Below, piece by piece: positions 12,774 to 26,100 of a DNA stretch of 64,000 nt. Position 1 is the stretch's first letter, and each line of letters opens with the position of its first letter. Source of the DNA: Paragordius varius (Eukaryota > Animalia > Nematomorpha). The notes under the pieces were generated by a model. It worked only from the letters and a program-made list of their open reading frames with translations. It made no database searches and was not told the origin of the DNA. A program made the position numbers and the translations under genes. The stretch covers positions 6,386,001 to 6,450,000 of the forward strand of contig OZ176054.1 in assembly GCA_964247055.1 (NCBI GenBank). Direction: 5' to 3'.

Positions 12774-13481
12774 CCAACCAAAAAATAAATGATGTAATTA
12801 TATTTATTGAGTATACGTTGGTGTTAAAATCTGCTATTTAATTAATTGACAACACTACCCCTAAATTATATGCGAATTCATTAATTTTATTAGGGTGTAA
12901 ATATCCCCTTTATGAATAGGAAACCAATCGCTACGTAGAATATAAACTCAATCATTTTATTAAATGTATTTTGGTAAAATTCTCCGATGAATAACACAAT
13001 GTCCACAATAAAATAACTTGAAATAAATACTCTGATAGGGAAATCGGATTATTATGGTTTTGGCTCTTACGAGTGATATAAGAAAGTTATTTACACTTTT
13101 GTTATAAGAGTTCCATATCAGCAAACAGTAAAATTTGCGCACATTTTTTTAAATAAAATTTTTCTATGAAAGCTAAGTGATCATTCCAAAAATATAATCC
13201 AAATATAACATACAAAAAGCAAAGCAATATTTTTAAAAAATTTTAATTTATATATGTGTGCTCTGAAAATCGTAATTTTTTTGCTATAAGGGCTCTTTTT
13301 AAAAAATAAACGTAAATGCCGGAATTGCGCGATAAAAATTTTAAATATATGCTTAATGATATCAACTAAAAATATTTTCAAAAATTTATTCAAGATTTTG
13401 CTAAAGCATACCTCATACTAGTTTACATAAGGAAACGGTGGAAATACGCTTTAAGATAATATAAAACACTTTTTCTATATG

Positions 13482-14067
13482 TACCATTTGCACTTCTAGA
13501 GTGTCCTTGAACACTTCAAGTTGGTCCTTGAACAGTTTAAGTTGGTCTTTGAACATTTCAAGTTGGTCCTTGAACACTTCAAGTTGGTCCTGTGACTTTT
13601 TTGTTTTTAATTTTTATCAATATCGTAAATAATTTATCTATTTTATTGTTTTTAACCTATTTTCTATTATTAAAATAGATTTTAAATCGATATCAACTTT
13701 TAATCTTTGAGAAACCGTATATTTTTATTAATTTCTTAAAATAATTTTGGATATTTATATTTAACACAATATGAAAAAATATATAAGTTTTCTGGGTTAT
13801 TTAAAAATTTTTTTTATCAAAAACATTTAAAAGTCAATAATTTTGTACAATTGAGAAAATAGTTTGAAACAAAAAAAGTGGTTTTCAATAAAAAATTTTA
13901 TTTTATAATAAATAAATATATAATAAATAAAGAAAATTAGCTTAATAAATAATAAAATAAATGCAAAAATTATGGTTAAATCATAATTTATAAATTTTAA
14001 GGATCAACTTGAAGTGTTCAAGGACCAACTTGAAATGTTCAAGGACCAACTTGAAGTGTAAATGGTA
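13482..14067. mobile_element. Family B foldback/MITE with TACCATTT termini and inverted 21-bp arrays (TTGGTCCTTGAACACTTCAAG)
   Basis: Termini TACCATTTGCACTTC...GAAGTGTAAATGGTA; homologous copies at 26521-27054 and 33530-34240. Confidence 0.8.
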
Positions 14068-14591
14068 TAAATTGATCATTCTATACTTTTACTTTTTTTG
14101 ATTAAAAAATTCACTTGTCTTCAAATTTATTTTATATATAAATTATGTTTATGTTGTAGTGGTGACTGACAGTTGAATGAATCTTATATTATGCTATTAG
14201 ATTAACCACACAGACAACATTCGTATATATTATTAGATTAACCTCGTAATTTATGTGTGTAGATTATTTTATTATTAGATTAACTTCACCACCACGTTTT
14301 ACTATTATTATTATACTTTGAATAAACTGTAGAAAGGCAAGCGTTCACCTTGATATATGTGAATACTACATAGCTTATTTATGGTTATTTGATTCTAACC
14401 CTAAAATCAAAACTACTTTTATATTTATATCACATCTAACATTCAATAAACTTAAAAAGTGGTTTATAGTGTATTTTTTAAGCCAATGCACACACGCTAT
14501 GATTAGCTTTTAATTTGGACTTTTATCCATATATCAACTTTTTTTAAATATTTTATATTTCACTATATCAATGTTATATTAGTGCAGAATT

Positions 14592-14831
14592 TTACAATAG
14601 TTTTAGATTTTCGAAATATTTGATTTTCAACATGCCTGGGGTCCCCAAGGGAATGTATTGTATCCAAGTATTAACCCGGATTAGTATACTTTCTATTATA
14701 GTTTTGGTTAAATATCCAAAGTTTTTTGTATGCCAAGGTCGTATCCTGTTTTTATCATGGATGTTAATAACGTAAGCATTCAACACAATTTTGTCAGCCA
14801 GCATTGTTATAGTTAGACAGCTAAATGCCAT
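14592..14831 (-). CDS. Candidate coding exon divergent from COPG; weak resemblance to the REC114 PH-like domain
   Basis: Open frame of about 80 codons from ATG 14831 in relatively GC-richer sequence. LNAY...PW...GYLTKTIIES...LGTPGMLKI recalls REC114 LQRY...TW...GYLVLTIVIS...LIGSKDWLKI. I could not build a consistent downstream exon chain. Confidence 0.25.
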   Translation of the reverse strand: MAFSCLTITMLADKIVLNAYVINIHDKNRIRPWHTKNFGYLTKTIIESILIRVNTWIQYIPLGTPGMLKIKYFENLKLL

Positions 14832-14877
14832 TACTTTTAATTTATACATCTGAAATTCCACTCTCTGAAAAACACAC

Positions 14878-17800
14878 ATGTATTATTTGAAACGTGACAA
14901 AAAAGACGAAGAGTCGGGTATGTTTTGGTAAAATATATTAGGGCCTGGCTCCAATATGTTTTACAATATTGATAAAACCATGGTATTACAAGAGGTAAAG
15001 AAATTTTCTATATAAAGGCTCGAATATTTAATGAAACACCAATAAATGCAAAACGGTGCGCTTTGGTTTTAACCAAAATTCTCTATATCATTAATCAAGT
15101 ATAGTTAATATCCTTAATAATTAAGAATCAAACGATTGGTGTGCGGGAAGCGACGGAGTGCTTTTTTGCTACGACAAAGCTGTTTCAATCTAAAGATGTA
15201 ACTTTTAATTATAAATTGTAGAATTTATTAAGACGGCTAGTATATCTAGTTATTAAAGATATGGCACCATTAGCGCAAGATGTAATTATTGTTACGAGCA
15301 GGTTTGTGCTTTTATTTTATTTTTTTCATAGTTTGACCAAAGACATGACTGGAAAAGAAGATTTGTATCGAGGACCCGCTATAAGAACGCTATGTGCCAT
15401 AACTGATGTAAATATTTTTTTATCTGTGAATATTTAAATACATTGTGAAATTCCAGTTTTAATTTGGAAAAAATAAAAAATAAACTAAGTTGTTAATTTA
15501 AATCGTCGTAAATAGGGAAAAAGTATTTTTCTCATTATCATTAATAAGCTAAAAATCATTTTTACAGGCTAAATATAGATGGCCCCTTATAACTTGATAT
15601 AACCGCTGAATATAAGTCAAAACATCTTCATTTAAATCAAAAATAATGGATCTTATATGACACTAGTTTGCAACTGTTGGTGATTTTGCCAATAATTTTA
15701 ATTTATTTTTGTTTATTTCAAGGTCATAATATGCATATTTAATACCCCAAAATTAATTATATTTAAAAAACTTGAATTTTTAAGTAGGCCACTTAATTTC
15801 GATTATGAAATATATGTTAAATCTTTAGCCAACAATGATACAAGCTATTGAGCGATATATGAAACAAGCTTTGGTTGATAAAAATTACACGGTATCCAGC
15901 GCTGCTCTAACCTCTTCTATGGTAGTTTTTTGTTTATGTTTTCTGACACCAAATCGTTCATAACTATTACTATAATAAAAACTGAATATATATATATATA
16001 TATATATATATGGATAACTTAAAAAAGAAAAGATTTGTTTTAATATATAAATCCTGATTTTATGTGAACGATTGTCAAATATTGAAATGCACCTGTTTTT
16101 ATTATCTGTCTAACAAGATCATGGTCTATTTTAAAAAAATAATGAATTGTTGTCTTTATAATAAATTATTTGTTTTTTAGGTTTATTCTGTATATTTTAA
16201 ATTTTACCATAAAGTTTATACATTTTTTTCTATTTATAATTAATATAAAAATATTCATATAAAGATATTTTTTATTAGCATCTCTGTTGTAAGAGTGTTC
16301 ATGGTGTTGATATTGTTAAGAGATGGGTTAACGAAATTCAAGAAGCCGTAAATTCAGATAACAATATGGTTCAAGTAAGTTTACGATAATTATTCCATAC
16401 ATAATAGTTAAATTACTAAATAATTTTAAACTCTATTATATAGTTTATATTTTTGAATTAAATTAAATTTGACTATGATAAAAAAAATTCAAATAACTTT
16501 CATTTAATATCATGATTAATTCAATTTTCAAAGGGTTACAAACTATACTAACTTATAACACAGTATGTATTAATGGTTTATTTCACACTATAATTGGGAA
16601 ATTTGCAACACATTAGTGTATTAAAAAAGAAAAAATTTATTCAACATTTTGTTGTTTTTATACACTACTATTTTGAAAATCGCCCAACTATAGTGTAAAA
16701 TAAGCAGCCATTAAAATGTATACTGTATTTTTTTATATAAAAATATAAAAAAAGTTTGGGCATGTAAATTAAATAAAATAATGTTAACAATTATTTTTAT
16801 ATATTTTTCAGTATCAAGCCCTTGGATTATTGTACCAGGTTCGAAAGACGGATAAATTAGCCATTTCCAAAATATTCTCAAAATTCCACAAAGGATCTCT
16901 CAGATCACCCTACGCTTATATTTTATTGGTAATTTTTTTTTATTGAAAACTAACCAATTTAAGTTACCTTTTTTAACATTGGACAATACTGTTATGCATT
17001 TTGGTAAAAATTGTATACATAGGTTGAATGTTTTAAGTAAAAAAAACCCTTTTTACTAAATAATCTACCGTAAACTAAAAGATTTAACTTTAAAAAATAA
17101 ACCAGAGTTTTCGTTGACCTATTTTTCATTTGCCTATTAAGATCCTTAAATATGGAGTTGAGGGTTCTTTTATATTATACCCCCCTAATCATTTAAAAAA
17201 TGTAGCGAAGATTTACGCTTATATAAATCTTAAGTTGACCCTTTTTATAAAAAATGGGGAATTTATATTTTCTTAATTCTTTGCCCATTTGTAGATTCGA
17301 ATGACGTGCCAATTAATAATAGACGATGCCTATAACGGGTAAAATTTTTTATATACATAATTCTTAAATTATTTTAAGGACTTTTATAATTATTAAAATT
17401 TTTATGGGGGTTGCGTTTTATTTTTAAATTTTATAATGGAAATTGTTTACAATCTAAACATTTAATTAATTACTATGGATTAATATTTATATTGTTATTT
17501 TTTATTAAATTTTTTTATTGAATATTACCATAATAGTTTTGTGAATATTGGTCCATTTTACGAGTTCTTGGAATCCTGCTTGAGACATAAAACAGAATCA
17601 GTCGTATTCGAAGCCGCCTCATCCATAGTTGAATTGCACAGTGTTAAAGAGTATATTTTGAATTTATTTTTTTTATTTAAAAAAGTTCCTTAAACCTTTA
17701 TGCTATTTTATAGTGCCTTTAGTTAGGTAACTTATAGTTTACTAAAAACTCTTATTTTATGGTATTAATTTATCTAAATTTTGCTTAAATGTAGTAATTA

Positions 17801-20110
17801 TATTTAGTAATAAAAAAAGTAAAGTTGGAAAACTAAATAAAATATCTTGGGATATGCCAAAAATAAATGTGATATAGGGGCACATATAGGCTCTACATCT
17901 GAAAATACGGTTTACTTTCAAAATAAAAGATTCGTATAGTTTAAGTTGACGACGCTTTTCTATCAGATATTGAAAAATTTAAATTTAAAAAATAATATTT
18001 TTCATTATAAAATAACAATTTTAATCCATTGATTTTTAAATTGTGAGTAAATATAAAATTGAATGTGTTATCAATTCTCTATTACTTCTTATTTAACTAC
18101 CAAAAATAGATTAAATATCATGAATCAAGGCTTAATAAAAGAGTTATATGAAATATATTTTACCTTAATTTTTTTTATTTATACATATTCACCCTTTGTA
18201 TAATGCCTTATATTTTCACAACGCTATTATTAGGATAGCCCAAGCTATAATGTCACTCGGTTTGGGAGGTGGAGGAGGCAAGAAATCAAGTGGTGTCGGG
18301 GGCGGTGTTCAATCAGCCATTTCAGTTCTTCAATTATTTTGCGGTTCGGCTAACGCTGCCCTACGATTCGCTGCAGTCAAAACTTTGAATAAAGTAAGTT
18401 TTTTTGTGTTTTAGGATGTTAGGATTTTTTAAAATATGGATTATAGTTTTGGAATAAAAAATTGAAGATATACGGACAAAACGTAAAAAAGACATTTCTA
18501 AAAGACAACCATACTGTTTATATCTTGATTTTTTGAATATAACTTATTATTGTTTAACAACTAACTGTAAAGCATGAATATATATAGGTAATACAATCAA
18601 TCATGTATTTTACAATTGTAATTAAATGATATGTAAAAAAGTATGGTGCTCTTTTGAAAAAAATTTTTTTGTCTATATATTTTTACCTTTTGTCCGTATA
18701 ATATATATTTTTGGATATATACATATATAGTTTTTTTAATTTTTAATGACTGGTATTTCATGTTTATATTGTATAGAGACTTTTGGTTGCATTTTAGTTG
18801 TTTTATGATGACTGGGTGTTTAAAAAAAATAATTTTTTTATAATGATTAGATCTGAATTTAATTGGATCATTTTCGACGCAGTATACATAATTATATTAA
18901 CTTATATAGTATTTTTTTGTTAGACAAGAATTTAGATGATAACTCGTTTGAAAATAGATGCATTTTTTTAAACAAATACCCTATGTAAAAAATAATTTGG
19001 GTTATAGAAATGGTTTTTTAATCAATTTTTAAATTAATTATTTTGAAATTTCCCAGGTAGCTTTGTATGAACCCAATCTACTTACCAGCTGTAATGCAGA
19101 ACTTGAATCACTTATCACGGATTCGAACCGAACTGTTTCGACTCTTGCCATAACTACTCTGTTGAAAATAGGGTATCTTTCTTTAATTATTACATATAAA
19201 AAATTATAAGCATAAAGCGTAAAAAATATTTTTGAAGAGAGCAATACTTACTTGTTTAAACATTGATTATACCAATATAAAATATATAATAACATTTTGA
19301 AATATATAATTGCTTATTTTGTTTTCTATTACATCTCTTCCTAATTTTAACCCAAAACGATAAAATATATTTGAAAAAAAATAAATGTGTAAAAAGTATG
19401 GCTATTTTTTTAAAAAAATATTTATCTTTTTCACGTTTTCTTATAATATTCTAGTCTGTATATTCTATATTTTATACATTTTATGTTTTATAATTAATTA
19501 GTTCTGAATCATGTGTCGATCGATTAATGAAGCAAATTTCCACCTACATCAATGAGATCAGTGACCCGTTTCGTATTACCATAGTTGATGCCATAAGGTA
19601 AATTAGTTTTTAAGCAAATTTACATAGATTTTATTTAAATATACATTTTTTTATTTTGATAAAAAATTACATAAATTTAAACTATATTATTTGATTTAAC
19701 ATGAAAATAATTAGATTTACCCCTCAGTCATAATTAGGGTTTGGATATATAACCGTTTTTGTAGGACCGAAACCGCAAACATTTCTCCAGAACTGGTTTT
19801 GAAACCGGAACCACATGATACACGCTTTAAAACAATTTTTTTATTATTTTATTTAATTTTTAAACGTTAATCATATTAAATTATAGTTTTATATATTTTG
19901 TTAAAAGTGATAATATTTAATTCCAATATGGACTATTTATTACTTATCTAGTAAAAAATAGTGTTATAAAAAACCAGGACCGTATTAGTTACCCGAAAAA
20001 CCGCCTCAATTTATGGTTACTAAAATATTTAGGGCAAATAATAATTATATTGGTTTCAGATATATATTCAAAAAATGTTCCCATAAAAAATAATTATAAT
20101 TATATATAAT

Positions 20111-20141
<31 letters not shown>

Positions 20142-23100
20142 GTAGAACTCTATGTTTAAAATATCCACGGAAACATACGGTTATGCTAAATTTTTTGAGT
20201 ACAATGCTTAGAGATGAAGGAGGTTTTGAGTATAAACGCGCCTTGGTTAACACATTGGTTGCAATCATAAAGTATATCCCAGAAGCTAAAGAAACATGTA
20301 ACTAATTTATTTATTTTTATATTTACATGTTAATTTAAATGATGACAAAAGTTAAAAATGGGTAAGAATAAGATAGAGATTCATATTTTTTATACCAAGC
20401 GATTTTTACAATTACATTTAAATTAAAGGAAAAAAACATAAAAAGTAGCAGAGTTTGTAAAAAAAACCTAGTTAAAAAGCAATTATTCTTGTATTAAATA
20501 AATATATTTTGATCCCTATCTATTAGGTTGTAAAACATGAAATAAAATTTCAAAAAATTTAAATCCACTCCTTAAGGATAAATATTGAAGATATCTACAA
20601 AAAATGCAGTGGTTTCAAGGTAGGTTCTGCTTTTTCAACAAAAAAAAAATCTTATTTTTATCATTATTTTATTCTTTTTAGGTTTGGCTCACTTATGCGA
20701 ATTCATTGAAGATTGTGAACATGCCGTTTTAGCCGTAAAAATATTGCATTTGCTGGGACAGGAAGGCGTAAAAACCCCTCAACCTACGAAATATATTCGT
20801 TATATTTACAATCGATGCATACTTGAGTCCGCTCCTGTTAGAGCTGGTAACATACTTTTTTTAAAATTTGTTGCATAATATATAACGAAATATTAACATA
20901 TCAAGTAATTTTCGATTATTAACTCAAAGTTAATCTATTGGATTGATAAAAAATTTATCGATTATTAATGGTGCAACCGCTAAACATTCCACTTCCCTAC
21001 GGGCTATGGTTAGCAAATTTTTTCATTAAAATAAAAATTATTGTGTTAACAAAAAAAAATAATTTTTAAGTGCGAATGATAAACCCTATTTAAATAGTTT
21101 GCAAATGAAGGACCGTGATGCGAAAAAGCCAAATATTTTCTCGTTTTTAGATAGTATAACATATCTAATTTTTAATAAAAAGTGACTTGTTGCGAATAAA
21201 ATTTCATTCATACCATACACCTAAAATTAACCCTCAAACTATTCAAATTCACCCTTGGACAAAAATTTCACTCTGAATACTTCGCATCCACCCCCAAATA
21301 TATCCAAAAATATTGAAAAAAGGAAATTTTTTTCTAATATATACATAATGCAGAAAAAAAAATAATATCACTAATTAATAATTTATTTTTAGGGTGAATC
21401 ATATATATTTAAGGGCGAATTTGAGGTAATGGTATACAATTTTCAAAAACCTATTTATTTTAGCAGCAGTACAGACCCTCTCTTTTATTTATTTTATTCA
21501 TAAAAAAGGGGCCAGATAAAAGTAGCCCGCAATAGGTATCACCATTATAATAGATACTATCTTTCGCTAAATAAAATATATACTTTTGATGCATAAATGC
21601 GCAAAACAAAATTTAATTACCCTTTTAACCTTTTTTAATTTGCATTTATTTTTAGCTGCCGTGTCTGCCCTGTCCAAGTTTGCTTTGTATTGTGAGGATT
21701 TGCGTGAAAGTGTTCTAGTTTTATTGCTACGTTGTCAATCCATGGATATTGATGATGAGGTTCGAGACCGTGCAACTTATTACATTGCTCTCATACGCGG
21801 AGTTGGGGGCGAAAATAAACTTAATACCGGTACCAAAGATTTATACCATCAAGAAGGTTTAAAATTTTTCAAAATCATGGATAGCCCTAAAGTTGTCTTA
21901 ATAAAGTTTTGACATATAAATATTGGGTTAACTATCGGTGTTCGGAGATAAATTTGTAACTAGCATTTGGGGTGTATTTGCAATCTTTGTTGTAATGATC
22001 ATGAGACTGCCTAATCTTTATAATATATTTTATAGTATTTAAGAGAACTTTATTTTCTATTCGTTGGTCAGCGAAGGATTTATACCATCTAGAAGGTTTT
22101 ATTTTCCTTTTTGTTGTTAAATTCAACTGAAATCCCATAGAGAATTGTTAAAATTTATAGGATTTGATAAAGAAACGTTAATTATCGTTGATCAGCGAAG
22201 GATTTATACCATTTTTATCTCATCATTACTATCAGCAACCTGGGCGGGCAAGTTCATGTTAAAATTTTTAAGGGTCCAATTATATAAGACATTAAAATAT
22301 TCAGTTTATTTGTATCAGGACTTGTAAAGCTTTTACACTCACCTGATGGAAAAATTGCGTAGTTTCTAGGTTCTAACTCTGGCACTCCAACACACTCAGT
22401 GTGGAAGTCCGGCGCCCTATCTACTATACCATTACACCTTTTAATTATCCAAGTCTTTACCTTTAAATAAAATAAAACATTTTGATCCATATACATATTT
22501 ATTATATTTACTTTATCAGATTTAAACATATCACCGGCATGTTTGGAGCAATGCTTGTTGTCATATCTGGAACATCAAAGCCATGAAGATAAATCCAATG
22601 AAGAACCGTTTGATATATCGACAGTTCCACTTTTGGATGATTCATCTGCAACACAACTCATGGACGCTGAAAGTGAATTTGATGGTGGTCCATTTACTAC
22701 GAGCGCCTCAGAATATGCAGTAATAAAAGTTAAAATATACGAACTAAGTTATTTGTTTCAAACATATTTTATCCTTGATTATTGATTATGTAAAAATTAT
22801 TTATAAGGTATAGAGATGTTAATTTTGATAACCCAGCTATATATTTAAAAATCGTAATTTAAGGTATAGGTTATATGGCAAAAGTTTAAAAAAGTATGGC
22901 TGGCTCTCTGTTTAGTTAATGAAACTAAATTTTATTATCTTTTTTTCTTTATATCACCTATCCTATTTGTGTACGATTGTTAAATATAAAATTAATTTTG
23001 ATGAATTTACACATCTTTATATCTTTTACTATTGTCGACACCATATACTCGTTTATGCAAAGAACCCAAGATTAAAAATTGTTTTTTCAAAAAATATATT

Positions 23101-26100
23101 TGTCACTTACAGTAAATAATTAAATGAAGAGATAAAATATGTAAAAAATATTTTTTTCTCAAAAACGATTTTAATTCTTAATTTTGTTTATAAAATTTAC
23201 AATATATGAAATTGTTAAATATTTAAATTGATGATTATACCAATTATCTCTTTTACAATCGTTGTCATCTTATGGTTTTATATGAATAATTAAAATTCAA
23301 AAAAATTATTTTCTTAATATAAAAACCGTTTGTATTTAAATATATAATTTTTATTTTAACATACAGAGAGGTGGTCAATCAAAAGACACTGACCATAAAT
23401 TAACCATTGCAGATGTACAAAAGGAGGGCGAAATCAATGGTGAGGCCTATAGAAATGTCAATGATGTTGGATATGGTGGAGATTTTTCGAGAGAAGCCAT
23501 ATTCATGGGTAGGAGGAGATTGATTAAATTTTTTATTATATAGGGGTGTCAAACTTAAATGACTTGATGGGTCACCAAAATATATGGGCAATTACAAATA
23601 TTTTATTAGATTTTATACATGAGACTGCAAAAACCACTATTTTTTTACAATTTTTGCTAGTTTATTGCTGAAATTCGGCAACACTTATCGGAAAAGTTGT
23701 TTGATAAAAAATCTATTTGGATTGTATTTTAAATTCTCGCGGGCTGCAGAAATATTTTGGAGGGGAGCATGTTGGACACTCCTGTTTTAAGTTTGGAATC
23801 TTGGAATTTTCAATCTTTTTAACACAAAATATCAATAAAAAATTAAATATATATTTTTTTTCGATGGTTTTGTATTTGATTTAAATATTTTAAATTTATA
23901 TAATATATTTAACTATGCATTTTTCCCGTATTTTCAGTTATTATTGCTTTTTCTATTTCCATATGGTAATATTTAATTTATGAATAAATTATCTTCGTTT
24001 TAGCTTTTTTCTTTTATTGACTCATTATAACTGTAAATAATGAGCATTTTTATATTTCGTGTGTTAAAATATAGAAGAATTAAATAAAATTCCTGCTTTT
24101 GCTACGTTGGGAACGTTATTCAAATCCTGTTTGCCTGTTAAGTTAACCGAAGCCGAAACTGAATACACTGTTAGATGTATTAAACACATTTTTACCCATT
24201 ATGTTGTGTTTCAGGTTTGATTTAATTTTTTTATAAGATATTGGAACATTTTATATATGTCATTATATAATTTAACATTTATAAGTAATGACATTACATC
24301 GACATTTTGTAATTTATTTCGTGACAAATGTGGGGAAAACTCTGATGATTTTTTATTATTAAATATTTTTTAAAACCTTATTTGACAATGCCCAGATAAA
24401 TAAATTACAAAAAGTCAGTCACCTTTAATTATATAATATCCCATGTAAATACGTTTAAACATTTTTTTAATGTGTAATAATAATGTAAATATTTTATCAT
24501 TTTTATACAGTGAAATGCAAAAGGGTGAAAAATTTGTCCAATATATAAGCTGTCAGATGATTGATTAAATAAGTCGCCTAGGTAATTAGTTAAGTTATAT
24601 ACCTGACATATATAGGGAAAGAAAGCTCTCTACTTCATTTTTTGTGCAGTATCCAAAATAAAATAAAAATTTTGATTCTCATGTATAGTTTGGTGTCAAT
24701 ATTATATATTGAAACTATTGCATTTTCATAATTTTAACTTAATAAGTCTGTGTTTAAATTGTTTAAGTGCCCATGCTCTATCGCAAAATTATTTTCAAAT
24801 TGGTTCTATTTGGTGTTTTTTTAGTTTGATATCACAAACACATTACCGGATCAAATATTGGAGCATGTGAGTGTGGAAATGAACCCTTCTGACGAACAAT
24901 TTACCGTTACGAAACGGATTGCAGCTAAATTTGTACCACCTCCTGACTATGTTGCATCTGTCCAAGGTTCATAAAAATTAGCAAGAAAAAGTTTTTTAAT
25001 TTATTCTGAAAATTAGGTTTATTATGATTGAAAGAAGAGTTTACGTATATAGATTCTCAAAACAATATTAGCTGTTTATATGTTTAAATCTATTGTATAT
25101 CAAACTATATTTTGATTTCTAATAAAATGACTTTTACTTTTATGTTGTAAAATACTGATAAAAATAGTCTTTATTCTGCTTATGTTTTAATAGACGCTGG
25201 TAAAACTATGACAAAGGAAAAAGATGTTAAACGTAACATTGCATATACCTGTATACGGCTCCCTCAAGAAGAACTAACTGGTATAAAATATATTCATTTT
25301 AAATAAATTCATTTTGTTTCTTTCGATTTAAGAAAAAGTACCTAAGTTAAATTTAAGATTTTATGCATAGAAAAATTATATATATTTTTTTATATAATTT
25401 AGTGTCGTCAACTTTTACCAACGTTATGAAATTTAAGGTTAAGGATTATGACCCTTCGACTCATGAGGTTTCTGAAGTCGCTTACGATGATGAATATACG
25501 GTAAAAATATAAATTTATTAGATTATATTTTTACTTTTTATATAAAACCTTTTTTTTAATTTATTTAACATATAAAGCGGATAATCTAATTGGTGAAAGA
25601 TGTAGAAACAATTTAACAATGAATTTTAATTATCAAGAAATAAAGAATTTATATTTTTTATCAACAATAAAACTGATTAAAATTTATGCAAATTAAACGT
25701 TTTTAATGCATCATTTTAGCTGGAAGATTTGGAACTTAACGTTTGTGATAGCGTGAAAGCCATCAGTAAACACAACTTTTCAGTGGCATGGGAGGAGTTG
25801 GGCCCTGAAAATGAACTTGAAGATAATTTTATCCTTTCATCTGTTACAACTATACCGGGTATTTAATTGAAACATTTTTTTGGTTCCGATTATTATATAT
25901 TGATTTAATCAAACATTATATTTTGCATTATAATTCAAAATTATATATCTATAAACCTCTATTCGGTTATAAATTGTCAATATGTTATATATATCTTTTT
26001 AATCTAAGAATTCATTTTTGTTTTGCTATACAAAATTTTAACTCTTAATTAAATATATTTTTTAATTAGACGCTATTACAAAGCTGAAAGAATTTTTGGG

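Noticed and set aside
22360-22438. Functional tRNA gene
   Set aside because: Degenerate B-box, oversize variable region and no acceptor stem; kept only as a possible SINE head.
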